DNA from: Eledone cirrhosa
Taxonomy: Eukaryota
Assembly: GCA_964016885.1 (NCBI GenBank)
Contig: OZ024748.1
Span: 1,984,001 to 2,048,000 of the forward strand
Direction: 5' to 3'
Length of the DNA stretch: 64,000 bases
Below the pieces are notes generated by a model that saw nothing but the letters and a program-made list of their open reading frames with translations, ran no database searches and was not told where the DNA came from. How positions within the stretch are numbered: position 1 is the first letter of the stretch; every line of letters begins with the position of its first letter. Positions 13,788 through 29,699 of the stretch are shown here, piece after piece. Position numbers and translations under genes: made by a program.

Positions 13788-14464
13788 ATGTAGAGTCTAA
13801 GGATTGAGATACTCCAAAGGTAGCAAGAGTAAGAGGAATGTTAGAAGTATCAAATTAATCAGAGATTCATAGAACTGTTGATACATTCTAAAAACCAAAG
13901 AAGATGTAATATAAACTTAGTGAACTGTAGCTACATAATCTGTTCCAGTTATTACATTACCAATCTGAGATATAGTCAAGTCAATTGCTACAGTTCTCTT
14001 TCTAATCATATATATCCATCAATAGGTGAAACACACTGTTGACTGCTAGTTATAATGAGTTATAATGAGAATATAGTTTAAGATCAGAACTGTATATCAA
14101 CACATCAGTTGAAACAGTTGACACCTCTTCACTTGAAATGTCTTCATGTTTATTTTTCACTCAACTACAATTAAAGTTAACAGTTGTTATTGCCAAGAAT
14201 GTCAATCCAAAGACCCAGTGTTTGGTGATGTAATTGCTAGTCAACAAAACACTTATAATTAATACAGCATTCCAGTTTCTAAGAGTAACATCTTTTAACA
14301 GCACTACATTGACTAACATTCACTAGTTTAGTGGTCTTCTAGTTATAACTCTCACCAGTGACTGTGACTGTGTACAGGAGGGGCTATACATACATAAATA
14401 CATACATACATACATTCATACATACATACATACACAATGTAATATCTAATATGATATATATATA

Positions 14465-14521
<57 letters not shown>

Positions 14522-14534
14522 ATATTGAAAAGGC

Positions 14535-14572
14535 TTGCTGAAGAACACACTAGCCGAAACAGCTTGGCACTG
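14535..14572 (+). ncRNA. Hammerhead remnant
   Basis: CTGAAGA (14538-14544), decayed stem II, GAAA-CAGCT near-palindrome; lies in an island between TA tracts. Confidence 0.4.
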
Positions 14573-14723
14573 TGGCTGGGATTTTACATATCTTTCTCTA
14601 TATATAAATTGCCATACATATATATACATATATACATATATACATATATATATATATATATGTATATATATATGTGTATATATATATATATCTATATCTA
14701 TCTATATATATATATATATACAA

Positions 14724-14770
<47 letters not shown>

Positions 14771-14807
14771 AATATATATATATATACAAATATATATATA
14801 TATACAA

Positions 14808-14858
<51 letters not shown>

Positions 14859-14875
14859 CATATATATACATATAC

Positions 14876-14998
<123 letters not shown>

Positions 14999-15109
14999 CA
15001 TATATACATATATATATACATATACATATATACATATACACATATATATATATACATATACACATATATATACATATACACATATATATATATATATACA
15101 TATACACAC

Positions 15110-15266
<157 letters not shown>

Positions 15267-15272
15267 CACATA

Positions 15273-15306
<34 letters not shown>

Positions 15307-15665
15307 CATATATACATATATATATACATATATATATATACATATACACATATATATATATACATATACACATATATATATATACATATACACATATATA
15401 TATATATATACATATACACACATATATATATACATATACACACATATATATATACATATACACATATATATATATATACATATACACATATATATATATA
15501 CATATACACATATATATATATACATATATATACACATATATATATATACATATACACATATATATATATACATATATATACATATACATATATATACATA
15601 TACACATATATATATATACATATATATATATACATATACACATATATATATATACATATACACAC

Positions 15666-15722
<57 letters not shown>

Positions 15723-15735
15723 TATATATATATAT

Positions 15736-15808
<73 letters not shown>

Positions 15809-15825
15809 TATATATATATATATAT

Positions 15826-15866
<41 letters not shown>

Positions 15867-15911
15867 TATATATATATATATATACACACACACATATATA
15901 TATATATATAT

Positions 15912-15988
<77 letters not shown>

Positions 15989-16005
15989 TATATATATATA
16001 TATAT

Positions 16006-16076
<71 letters not shown>

Positions 16077-16093
16077 TATATATATATATATAT

Positions 16094-16142
<49 letters not shown>

Positions 16143-16166
16143 CCACAGACCCTCCATCTCAACTCA

Positions 16167-16215
16167 CCTTTTGAAAAGCAGAAGAACTACGAAACCGGTA
16201 AAGGAACCAAATAAA
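16167..16215 (+). ncRNA. Decayed minimal type I hammerhead motif followed by AATAAA
   Basis: CCTT-[TTGAAAA = mutated CTGAAGA]-GCAG AAGAA CTAC-GAAA-CCGG-TA-AAGG, with AATAAA at 16210-16215. Confidence 0.55.
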
Positions 16216-16329
16216 TATATATATTCCAGTTGCATTTTCGATTCCATCTCTTTTTCTTTATACTTCCACTTGTGTAGGACACCTCGGTTATTTTTCATTT
16301 TGTAAAAAAAACCTCACTTTCTAATATAC

Positions 16330-16364
<35 letters not shown>

Positions 16365-16413
16365 CACATATATATATATATATACATATATATACATATA
16401 TACATATATATAC

Positions 16414-16468
<55 letters not shown>

Positions 16469-16481
16469 CATATATATATAC

Positions 16482-16546
<65 letters not shown>

Positions 16547-16617
16547 CACATATATATATATACATATATAGATATATATACATATATATATATACATATA
16601 TATATATACACATATAC

Positions 16618-16670
<53 letters not shown>

Positions 16671-16671
16671 C

Positions 16672-16731
<60 letters not shown>

Positions 16732-16868
16732 ACATATACATATATATATATACATATATATATACATATACATATATATATATACATATACATATATATA
16801 TATATACATATACATATATATATATATACATATATATATACATATACATATATATATATATACATATG

Positions 16869-16920
<52 letters not shown>

Positions 16921-17050
16921 CATATACATATATATATATATATATATATACATATATATATGTATATATATATATATACATATATATATACATATATATA
17001 TTTATATATACATATACATATATGTATATATATATATACATATATATACA

Positions 17051-17084
<34 letters not shown>

Positions 17085-17095
17085 CATATATATAC

Positions 17096-17130
<35 letters not shown>

Positions 17131-17144
17131 CATATATATACATA

Positions 17145-17291
17145 CTGAGGTTGGCTGGACATGCTCACCGACATCCAGAGTTGACATTGCACTCAGTGCT
17201 CCTTTGGGAGCCCCTACATGGACACACTAGAAGAGGAAGACCAAGGTTAACATATGTTGATGCCCTAAGGACAGACACTGGTCTGTTGGAG
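17145..17291 (+). mobile_element. RTE/RTEX-like LINE C-terminal fragment embedded in a TA microsatellite
   Basis: [47 protein letters not shown], a typical RTE-group C-terminal motif. Confidence 0.8.
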
Positions 17292-17402
<111 letters not shown>

Positions 17403-17411
17403 TATATATAT

Positions 17412-17514
<103 letters not shown>

Positions 17515-17531
17515 TATATATATATATACAC

Positions 17532-17594
<63 letters not shown>

Positions 17595-17677
17595 TATATA
17601 TATATATACACACATATATATATATATACACATATATATATATATATATATACACATATATATATATATATATACAC

Positions 17678-17708
<31 letters not shown>

Positions 17709-17727
17709 TATATATATATATATACAC

Positions 17728-17788
<61 letters not shown>

Positions 17789-17793
17789 TACAC

Positions 17794-17826
<33 letters not shown>

Positions 17827-17827
17827 T

Positions 17828-17884
<57 letters not shown>

Positions 17885-17885
17885 T

Positions 17886-18277
<392 letters not shown>

Positions 18278-18684
18278 TATATATATCTATATATACATAT
18301 ACATATATATACATACACATATATATATATATATATATATCTATATCTATATATACATATATATATACATATATATATATACATACACATATATATATAT
18401 ATATATCTATATCTATATATACATATACATTATATCTATATATACATTATATATATATATATATATATATATCTATATCTATATATACATATACATTATA
18501 TCTATATATACATTATATATATATATATATATATATCTATATCTATATATACATATACATTATATCTATATATACATTATATATATATATATATATATAT
18601 CTATATCTATATATACATATACATTATATCTATATATACATTATATATATATATATATATATCTATATCTATATATACATATAC

Positions 18685-18722
<38 letters not shown>

Positions 18723-18787
18723 TATATACATATATATATACATACACATATATATATATATTTATATATATACATATATATATACAT

Positions 18788-18830
<43 letters not shown>

Positions 18831-18845
18831 TATATACATACACAT

Positions 18846-18877
<32 letters not shown>

Positions 18878-19378
18878 CATTATATATACATACATATATA
18901 TATATATATATATACATATACATTATATATATATACATACATATATATTATATATATATACATACATATATATATAGTCTGTGTGAGTGTAGATATGTTA
19001 CTACGTGCATACAATATATCAAATTGATTAATAGGTAAATGGCTTAATTAAGTTACCATACCAACATACCATTTTGGTAAGAAGCTAAATAATTGTTCTT
19101 TTTTGTTGTTGTATTAATATGTTGTAACCAGGTTAAACCTAGAAATTAGAAATTAGGGTGTGGATCTAAAGCTGAAGTTGATCTGTTTATCACTGGTTAT
19201 GTATTATACATTGATCTGACATCGCTTTTATCATTTCTTTTCCTATAAAACAGTATGCTATGGGTGGTGAATTTGTTATGTTGTTAGAACATTGGATAGA
19301 AGGGTTTGTACCAATCTGATGATGGTTATATATATATTATCTTCATCATAATCATCATCGTTTAACATCCATTATTTC

Positions 19379-19564
19379 TGGATTGGCAGTATCGGTAGAA
19401 GGTTGGACGCCCTGCTTTCCAGCATAGTTACGTCCCTTTACGACCTGAGTTCAAATCCTACTGTGGTTAACTTTGCCTTTCATCCTTATGGGGTCAATAA
19501 AATAAAGTACCAGTAATACACTGGGATAATTACTGGTCTTGTGCCAAAAATAGAAACAATTATT
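19379..19564 (+). mobile_element. SINE family A
   Basis: Close match to 48909-49092. Confidence 0.85.
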
Positions 19565-19991
19565 TCATGCTTGCGTGGCTTAGGTGGGTTGTCACATGAG
19601 GTTTGTCATGTGTGCTTGATTCATTTATGTATGTATGTGTGCATGCACACATACATACATGTGAGTGTATAAATAAATTTAATTTTTTTACATCAAACAT
19701 CCTTCTTAGCTTTAAATAAGCTGAAAAAGAACAATAAATAATATTTTTTTCTTCTACATAATGATGATTTAGACATAGGTTTAAAGATACATTGGCAATA
19801 AATGTTAAGCTTTTGATAACATCCTACATAAAACATATAATTGCAGTCTAGTCTTAACACAAAGTAATTGCAGTGTAGGTTAAATACATTGGTTTCATTT
19901 GCTTATACTTGTAACTTCAACATGGCTGTCATTGTTTAGTTTCTGTAAGATGAAAGTATTTACTGACAATTACAATATATATCTCATAAGT

Positions 19992-20275
19992 GAAGGTGCA
20001 TGGCTTAGGGGTTAGGTTACTGGACTCACAATCATAAGGTTATCAGTTCAATACCCTGACTGCATTGTCTTCTTTGGCACAACACTTTATTTCAATCAAC
20101 TCGGGTGTCAAAAATGAGTTGTACCGGTAATTCAAAGGGTCCAGCCTTGTTATAGATTGTGTGATGCCAAATCTCCCTGAGAACTACATTAAGTGTACAC
20201 ATGTCTGTGGAATGCTCAGACACTTATACGTTAATTTCATGAGCAGGCAGTTCCATTGATTGAATCAACTGGAGT
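19992..20275 (+). mobile_element. tRNA-derived SINE family C (related copies at about 7801-8105 + and 26510-26790 -)
   Basis: tRNA-like head TGGCTTAGGGG..GTTCAATACC; shared body AAGTGTACAC(A)TGTCTGTGGAAT..TTAATTTCATGAGCAGGC. Confidence 0.75.
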
Positions 20276-21683
20276 TCTGAGGTCCAACAACATATATCAC
20301 ATGTTTCCTATACCCAGGTTGTATAACTGCTATCATAGTAACATTTTGTTGTTGAATAATATTCTTGTTGGCATAATTCATCATCAATTTTTTAATTAAA
20401 TACAAATGATAAATAATTGCTCAATAAAGAATTTATTATATTTTTTTCTCTGTTGCAATAAATTATTAGTCATATGATATGTTTAGCTATGGACTTCTCA
20501 TGCTCACTAGTTTTAACTAATATCTATCTACCTATCTACCTTCCTTCCTACATAGCTATCTATATATCTATCTGTCTTTCTGTCTATCTATCTATCTATC
20601 TATCAACTCCCAAATGGGCCAGGGGCTGCATCATACTTATATACATTGTTGCACTCTACGGGGTGCGCTGCGTGCACTTTATCATCTATACTACAGTACT
20701 TACTATAGAAATAATAGTTATGTAATTTTATCTAAAACACTGGTGTCATAAATCCAGTCAATATTTATGACTTTATATGATTGAGGAGAAAGATATGTTT
20801 CAGGATATAAAAAATAATGGTTTGTTTTTAATCATTTACTTTTTTCAAATTTGACCTTTACATATGGAATTACATAAACATAAAAAAGGCAACTTTTTTT
20901 CTCTTTTATTAGAGGTGTGTTATCATTGTAGATCATCCCTTATCAACCTTTTCTGAGATAATGTCATTGCTATTCCCCATAGATATGTAAACTAAAGCAA
21001 AGCTGAATTAATATACAACATCCTACTCAAAAAGTCAATAAAAATATGTAATGGATTTGAACTCATTTAATCATTCAATATGCATTATCCATTCATATAT
21101 TTCACTTGTAGAGGTTCTACAACCCTTTCTATTGCATTCATATTCTCTGGATTATTCATATATGTTATGTATAAAAGGACAAAATGATGGAAACTGAGCT
21201 TTCTGACATTATGCCGTAATGCAGAAGACATACCATCCCATGAGCACAGCATCTAGTATGCACCACCTTCACCTCCACCTCCTCTCACATAAACCTCACA
21301 CGTCCTGACATACAATCTATGTCTTAATACTCCACCCCTCACACACGCCCTTATACCTAGCTCCCCAATTCCCACACACCTCCCCACCAAAGTCTCCAGT
21401 CCACACTGTAAAATGGTTGGTTAGATGTCATAATAAAAAGCACCCAGCAAACACTGTAATGTGGTTGTGTAGGTGTCATAATAAAAAGCACCCAGCAAAC
21501 ATTGTAATGTGGTTGGCATTAGGAAGGGCATCCAGCCATAGAAACCAAGCCAGATATAGTTCTGTATGAGTGAGACACAGTCACCTGACCCAACTTGCCT
21601 CAAATAAGACAACCCGTCTAATCCATGTAGCATGGAAAATAGAAGTTAAATGATGATGATGAGGATGATATATATATATATAT

Positions 21684-24661
21684 ATCATCATCATCATCAT
21701 CATAATAATTTTACGTCCGCTTTTCCCTGCTTGCAAGGGTGGGACGGGTCTTATTCAGCACAGCATCTCTCCACTCGTCACGGTCCTTCGTCATCTCCAC
21801 CGTGAGCTTCAATGATCTGAGGTCTGTTCTCACCACCTCCGCCCATGTTTTTCGTGGTCTACCTCTACCACGTCTTCCTTCAACTGGCATTTCCTGGCAC
21901 TTCTTCACCCATCGGTCATCCTCCATGCACATCACATGTCCATACCACCTCAGTCTCCTCTCCCGTACACTACATTCTATCCCTCTCAGACACAGTTTCT
22001 TTCTCAACACATTCATACTGGGTCGTTCACGCACATTTACACTGCACATCCAACGGAGCATGCTTGCCTCATTTCTCTCCAGCCGTCGCATATCCTCTGC
22101 ATTTGTTGCCCATGTCTCACTACCATGCAGCATCACACTCCTCACACAGGCATCATACAACCGGCCTTTTGTACGCAGGGAGAAACCCTTTTTCGTCAGC
22201 AGAGGAAGCAGCTCCCTAAACTTCTTCCAACCTGTCCTTATTCTAGATACTATGGCCTCGGAACACCCTCCTCTCATGCTAATCTGATCTCCTCAGTACC
22301 GGAAGTTATCCACCACTTCTATAGCGCCCTCCTGCATTTGAAAAATGTGTCTATCAATGCGACTTCTACTGTCTAATTTCCCTGTACATCTACTGCATAC
22401 ATATTTCTTCCTACCTGTTAGTTTGCCTGCTATCCCGCTACATCTCTTGTGTACCCAGGATCTGCATTGTGTGCATTTTATAGAATTTATGCCAGTTCCT
22501 TTCCTGCATATCGAACATGGCCATTTCCCTGACGGAATCAGAGAGTTTTGTCCTCCTTTCTACTCATCAACACTTTTGTCTTAGCTAGGTTCACTCTCAG
22601 TCCTCTTGCTTCCAACTGCTGTTTCCATAGCCAGAATTTATTCTCTAGCTCCTCTACTGATTCTGCCATAAGAGCCAGATCGTCAGCATAGAGAAGTTCC
22701 CATGGACAGCCAGTCTTAAACTCCTCTGTTATGGCTTGGAAGACTATAATGAACAAGAGCGGGCTGAGGACCGAACCTTGATGTACTCCTACTTGTATCT
22801 GGAATTCCTCACTAAACTCCATTCCTACCCTGACTTTACTGACAGTACCTCAGTACAAAGTTTGCACTGTCCTCACAAGCCATTCCTCAACACCTAGCTT
22901 CCTTAGGGACCACCAGATGACAGATCGGGGTACCCTATCAAAGGCCGTCTTTAGGTCAACAAAGGCTAAGTATAGTGGTTTATTCTTCTCTAAGAACCTC
23001 TCTTGCATTTGTCTCACCAAGAAGAGGGCATCTGTTGTACTCTTCTCAGGCACAAAACCAAACTGCATCTCATCTAGTTTGACCCTTTCTCTAATTAGTT
23101 GTGCTAATATCCTTTCTGCCACTTTCATAACCTGATCCATCAGTTTTATACCCCTATAATTGCTCCTCTCCAGAGCATCCCCTTTACCTTTGTAGCAATT
23201 TATGAGAATACTGCTGCACCAGTCTTTAGGTATGACACTACCATATATAGTCTGATTGATGCTGCGTGCAACCAGTTTAGTGCCTACGTCCCCTGATGCC
23301 TTCAGCATCTTAGCAACTATTCCTGATAGTCCAGCAGCTTTACCATTTTTCATTTCCTTAATCGCCTCTTGGCCCCTATATTTGTCAATCTCAATAGTTG
23401 GTCCCTCTGTCGGATCTACCAAGGGTAATTTCTCTCTCTCCCATTCGTTCTCCACATTCATCAGTCTCTCATAATGACATTTCCAGGCCTCCTTTTTCTG
23501 GTCATTCGTGACACTAAGTACACCGGCATCATCCGGACACATTTATCACCAACAACATCCTGATTTGCATTGACACACTGCCTTGCAATGTGGAACACTG
23601 CACGCCTCTGATCTTCCCATCGCAGAACATTAGCAAACCTCCTACTCTCAGCCCCCCCCCCCCTCCCTGCGTGCTAAGTACACCTGACGTCTAGCTTCTC
23701 TCTTAGCGGCTGTATATTCTTCCCTACTCCCACCCTTTTTCCAAGCCTTCCATGCTAGTCTTTTGTCTCTAATGGCTCTATCTACTGTGCTGTTCCACCA
23801 CCAGGTCACTCTCTGTCTGGTTGGAGTATGCTCCAGCCACAAGTTTCATCAGTAGCCTGCAGCAAGTTGTCACGTAAGAAATTCCAGTTATTATCTATGT
23901 CATACGTCTCTAAATCAACTTCTTTTTCGTCATATACATCTTGAAGGGCTTTCCTAAATTTGTATTTTAGTGAAAGGTCTTTTAGCTTCCAGACCTTTCT
24001 TCTCCACACCTTCCTATATGTCTCATTCCATCTCTTGCTTACTGAGATATCACTAACGACTAACCTATGCTGTGGGGTACATTCTTCCCCAGGGTATGCC
24101 TTGGTATTAGACACTATCTGCCTGTCTCACTGCCTAACTAGTAAGAAGTCAATCTGGCTTATGTGCTTGCTAGATTTGTAGGTTATTAGGTGATTGGCAG
24201 GTTTCTGGAAGTTTGTGTTGCAAATAGTCAGTGTAACCATCCTGGAGCTGTCCAACATGACCATTGAAGTCTCCTGCTAGCATAACGATGTCTCCGTCCT
24301 CTGTCATTGCGGTTGTTTGTAAAAGTTGCTCGTAAAAGCAGTCTTTCTCATCTTTGCCTAGGCCTGCTTGGGGAGCATAGGCAGAGATGATTGTCAGTAG
24401 TCTCCTGCCTACAACTAATCTAAGCTTAATTATTCGATTACTAACTCGAACTACCTCTATTGTCTTATTGATCCATCTCTCAGCCAGGAAAATGCCTACT
24501 CTCCCTAACCCATCATCCTTACCTACCCAGAAAAGCTTATAGCTAAGATGTTTGCCTACGACTAGTCTCGCAGAGGCACCTCTCCATCTCACCTCTTGCA
24601 CGCAGCACACATCCACATGCCTTCTCTCCAGCATCTCCGCTATTTCAGCAGATCTACCTCT
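21684..24661 (-). mobile_element. Near full-length, disrupted RTE-clade (BovB-like) LINE: APE endonuclease, RT, PHD finger, C-terminus, (ATG)n tail
   Basis: ORF pieces: APE (VDVCCVQEVRWRG, SAYAPQ, AGDFNGHVG), RT (NYRGIKL, QFGF, FVDLKTAFDRVPR, GVHQGSVLSPLLF, LLYADD), C4HC3 finger, C-terminus (MLHGSETW, RRLRWYGHV, GRPRKTW). Several frameshifts, an internal deletion near 24225 and slight 5' truncation. Confidence 0.96.
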
Positions 24662-26584
24662 GTGTTCCAACTCTGAGATGCGACGTCTTCATACTTTGTT
24701 GTTGTTCCGATTTGTTGCTGTGCTGATAAGTGTTTTGGCATTGATACACTGGTTGGATGTCCTTCCTAACACCAGCGCCACTTTACAGCATGGACTGAGT
24801 GCTTTTATTTGTGCCACCAGCACTAGAGAGGATGTCTTACTAGACTCAAGGGCCCTCTCTACCCCTCCATTTTACAGCATGGTCATTAAAAAAAAAAAAA
24901 AAAAATTTATATATATATATATATATATATAGTAATAATAATTACAAAGACCAAAATTCGAAGAGGGCTCCATAAGGATTGTATATATAAATAAAATCAT
25001 ATATAAACCTGTAGAGCAAATATTATAAGTACAGATTAAAGTTTAAGCAAAGAATTTCTGCTTCCACCCTATTACAGGATCTTTGAAAAAAAAAAAAATC
25101 TATATATACATATATAAAGACATATATACATATATATATGTATATATATATATCGAATACCTCTCTGATTTGTAGTCTTCAGTCCCTGTACTGCAGACTG
25201 TCAATATAAAATATATTTTATATATTTTCTTGTTTATCTATGCCAGAATTGCTGCTGTTTAAGCCATTTTTATCAACCTTGTCCAGGGATGGAAGCCTAA
25301 GTAAGTGTCAACCTTGGAAAGATTTGAAATTACAACTGGGCAATTATCCAGCATTGCGTTTAAAGCATTAAGCTTCAACAATATCTGTCCCGCCCTATCT
25401 CCAATAACTCTCTGTACTGTTGTTGATGGTATCAACAAACTTAACACAATGTTTGCTTGATAGAAAGGTAATCATCATCTTGTCAATTTACTTGTCTCAC
25501 CAACAACCCCCACCACTGCCACAACCACCACCACCATTTTTATACTACTACTACTACTACTACTACTAAAACTTGTAGAAGTGATGGTAGTTGTGGTGGT
25601 GATGGTGGTGGTAGTGGTAGTATAATGATGATAGTGGTAGTATTTACAGTTGTAAGCTTCAGGATAGCAGTAGTAGTAGTAGTAGTAATAGTAGAAATAG
25701 TGGTGGTGGTGATGGTAGTAGTAGTAGTAGTGGTGTTAGTGGTGGTAATGGTAGTGGTGATGATGGTTGTGTGGTGATGGTAGTGGTGGTGATGGTAATG
25801 ACAGTAGTGGTAGTGATGGTGATGGGGATAGAAGTGGAGGTAACATGCTGGTGGTGGTGGTGAAAGGTTATTATTATCACCTGGAAGGTCTAGGTATGGC
25901 TGGGTGGTTAAAGTTTATTTTGAAACCACTGCTTCAGACCTTAGGCAAGGGTTGTCCTCTGCTGTAGCTCCGAGATGATTAATGTTTTGTAAATAATAAC
26001 AATAATAACAATAATGATAATCTTCATTCTTGGATCTACTTTTCCATGCTGGCATCGATTGGATGGAATATTTTGAGACAATATTTTACAGCCAGATGTC
26101 CTTCTTGATGCTAACGTTTTTAGTTGCCTCTTATGATATGCAGAGATATGGTATATTTATTCCAAAACCAGGATAATTTGGTCTAGGGAAACAGGGCCAA
26201 GTTGGTGTGTGTGTGGGTGTGTGTATGTGCCAATATAAAAGCATGTGGTGAGTTGTATATATCTTTATGTCAAAATATAACTTGACCATTCAGTAGAGAT
26301 TGAGAAAATGAGCTAAAATATGAACTATGGTCAGTATCAACCAGTACCCTTGAAGGCAGTGCCCCAGCATGGCCGCAGTCCAATGACTTAAATCTGCAGA
26401 AGAATGAAAGATACAATCAGTGCTCACTAATTGAAAATAATCCAGTGGATTGGTTTCACAATCTCTTTCCAGTTTAACTCTTTTGAGACCGATGCCACAT
26501 ACAGAATGGACCTCCATTGGTTTTAACGATGAGTATTCCAGTTGTTTGATCAATGGGTCAGCCTGCTCATGAAATTAGTGTATA

Positions 26585-26790
26585 AGTGGCTGGTACCCTA
26601 TTGATACATGTACACTTAACAGTGGCTGGTACTCCACAGATACATGTACACTTAACAGTGGCTGGTACTCCACAGATACATGTACACTTAACAGTGGCTG
26701 ATACTCCACAGATACATGTACACTTAACAGTGGCTGATACTCCACAGATACATGTACTCTTAACAGTGGCTGATACTCCACAAAATGTAC
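26585..26790. repeat. 36-bp minisatellite, about 5.5 copies, derived from the SINE C body
   Basis: Unit AACAGTGGCTGGTACTCCACAGATACATGTACACTT; its reverse complement resembles 20191-20225. Confidence 0.92.
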
Positions 26791-29699
26791 TTTTAATATC
26801 ATTTTCAAGGAGATTCAACATGATACATTGTTTGACTAGGCTGTCCATTTGAACAACAGATACAGTCCATCTCATATTATAATGTAAATGGCAGAGACTT
26901 CCTCAGATTCCTGTACCATTAATGTATTTTCAAGGAGATTCAGAGTGAGACAGTGTTGAACGTTTGAATTACAGCTACAGTCTATCCAATGTGCTTACAA
27001 ACAGTTCTTTGTCCACTCAGTTTCGTTTACAAGGCATGGGTCAACTCAAGTTTATGGTAAATGACACTTGTCGAAGATGCCCTGCATTGGGATCAAACTT
27101 GGGACCTACTGTTTGTGAAGCAAACTCTTTAACCACATGGCCATGCTGCATCCACAAAGGAACACATATGTACCAAAAGTTTAACCTAAAATTCGAGTGG
27201 CCAAAAAAGTCATTATATTAATGCTAATTTGACTTTTATAGCTCATACAACTATGGCAACAACAAAGGCAGGTGGTAGTTATTACATCATACTTGTATAA
27301 AGACAGATGTATTCATAGTTCTCCATTGAAATTGCTTTATTTTGTCTATTCAACTTAGTTTAGTGCTCTTATTTTATTACAGAATTATGTGGTAAACAAA
27401 ATACAATCCCCAGCCCATCTGAGAGGTCAGTAGTTCCTATAAAGTACTTACTGCCTTGGTCTGTGATGACCTGTCCAATCCTTGCCAGTAGGGAAACAAT
27501 GTTAAATGATGATGATGATGATGATAGGCATTTATATATATTTTCTTGGTTTATATGGTATTTCAAAACAATGAGTTATCATCACCATCATCATTTTATG
27601 TTTGTTTTTTTTTCCATGCTGCCATGGTTTGCATGGGTGGGCATATTCCATTGCTAGATGGGCTGGAGAACCACATCTTTTTCATAAGATCCATTTTTTT
27701 GCATGGTTTCTACAGCTAGATGCCCTTTATAATACCAACTTTTTCACTGAGTATACTGGATGCATTTTAATTCCAGCACTACCACTTCACAGAATACACT
27801 GGCTGCATTTTGTTATGGCATCAGCATTACCACTTTACAGAGTGTAGTTAGTGCATTTTATTATATCACCAACACTAGTGAGTTTGCCTTGAATCTAATG
27901 AGACTGAAGAGGTGTTCACTACCTGATGATTTGTTTATTCTGGGAAATAACAAGTGATATAATTTCAGGAGTTTAGACTTGGAAGGGTTAAAGGATATCA
28001 TGAATATACTGTATGGTAATGACGAGCTTCATTAAGGTATCTATCTCTTACTGTCCTGTACCACATGAAACCATATTAGGAAGACATTCTTGAAAAGTAG
28101 AAAACAGTACTATGGCTAGATCACATTAAAAATGAAGGTCTTTACTCTAATACTGCAAATTTTCACAACAATCTGTCCACTAGTAAAGATACTTTAATCA
28201 TTTGAATTAATAAACCTTTTTTTGAGATATTTTTTGCAAAATCACAACAGGATGTTAAAATTTATTTGCTGTTGCATGACATTGGTCATTGAGAGATAAG
28301 AGTATCTAGGTAAAGTGTTAATGATTCAGTATGTGTACACTATATTGAGATAAAAAAGTAAGACGGGGTCAGTTAATATTAGTTTAATTTGTTGCTGATT
28401 ATAAAGTTTGGAGGGGAAATATATAAGCAAGCAAAGGTGATTGAGAAGAATGATTGGTAAAAAAGACAACAAAAACGAATAAAACAAACAAACAAAAAAT
28501 TGTATAGTATCTGTTACTTGAGATGTGGAGGAAAACAGCGTTTAAGTGGTTAGGTCGTGAAGTTAAGAAATGTTAAGGCTAGAGTAGGGGCTGATAGCAG
28601 ACCACAGGTTGCTGAAAATATTCTATAATGTAGATAGCTTTATCTTGCATGTAATCTACCATGTATTTGTGAGTAGAATTGGAGCATCAGCTCTATATTC
28701 TGCTGTTGACAATATACATATACTTTATTTGAATTTATGATGAATGTGGAGGGATTAACTAAAGTTGTTAATTGGTTCATTACTAATATATAAAAAGGTA
28801 TAAAATTAAGTTGGAAGATTTTTATTTAAATAGGAACCTTTTAAAGTGGATAGTTTTGTTTCATTGAATAGATTGTTGTAGGAATTTACTGTATTAGATA
28901 GAGTAAAGACTTTAATTTCTAATGTGATGCAGTCATAGTGCTGTTTTGTACTTTTTAAAGACTGTCTTGTTATTGTAGATTTTGTGGCACAGGATGTTAA
29001 TTATTAGGAGAGAAGGTAGCGGAGTCAGTAGGATGCAGTATAACTAAACAATAGGTCCAACACCAATTCATATTGTATCAGTCACTCAATTCACTCTTGA
29101 GTTTTTAGTCATTCGAGATATATGTAGATCTGCACCAGGTACTACTGCTAGCTATATACAAATTATTATAACTTCTATTTATAAAATATCTTCTAAAATT
29201 TCAGAAGAATAATATTGTTAACCAAACAAGTCTTTCAAATCTTTCTCTTTTTTGCCACTTTACTCAGGTGTTTCATATATAAAATCAAAATCTATGGGCT
29301 TATTTTGTTCCTTTTATCTTGACAAAAGCGTTTATTTATAAGCCAATGCAGAAGCCTCTATGTGGTCACTTGGCCTACTAGAAATAGCAGTCAAATCTCC
29401 CTCTCAAGCAAATCCAACCATCTTATTGTGAGTTCAAATTCCTTTCGGGATTGATAAAGTACTAGCTCAGTGTTGGTGCATCTCTCTCTCTCCAGCTGCC
29501 ATATCCTGGATGTTCCATTGGATCATGGATCAAGGGAGTGAGGGCCTAGAGAATATCTGTGTCAGCTCACAACTGCATGGTTATCTACAACTCTTAACAA
29601 AAGCATTGTACATATTACCAAGTCACACTTGATTGCAAATGATTGTAGTAGTAGTAGTGTTGGTAGTTTCTGTAAGGGATTTCTTGTAATTCTTATTGA

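Noticed and set aside
26585-26790. 36-bp CRISPR-length repeats or a Cys-rich repeat protein
   Set aside because: No spacers, and the unit derives from a SINE body.
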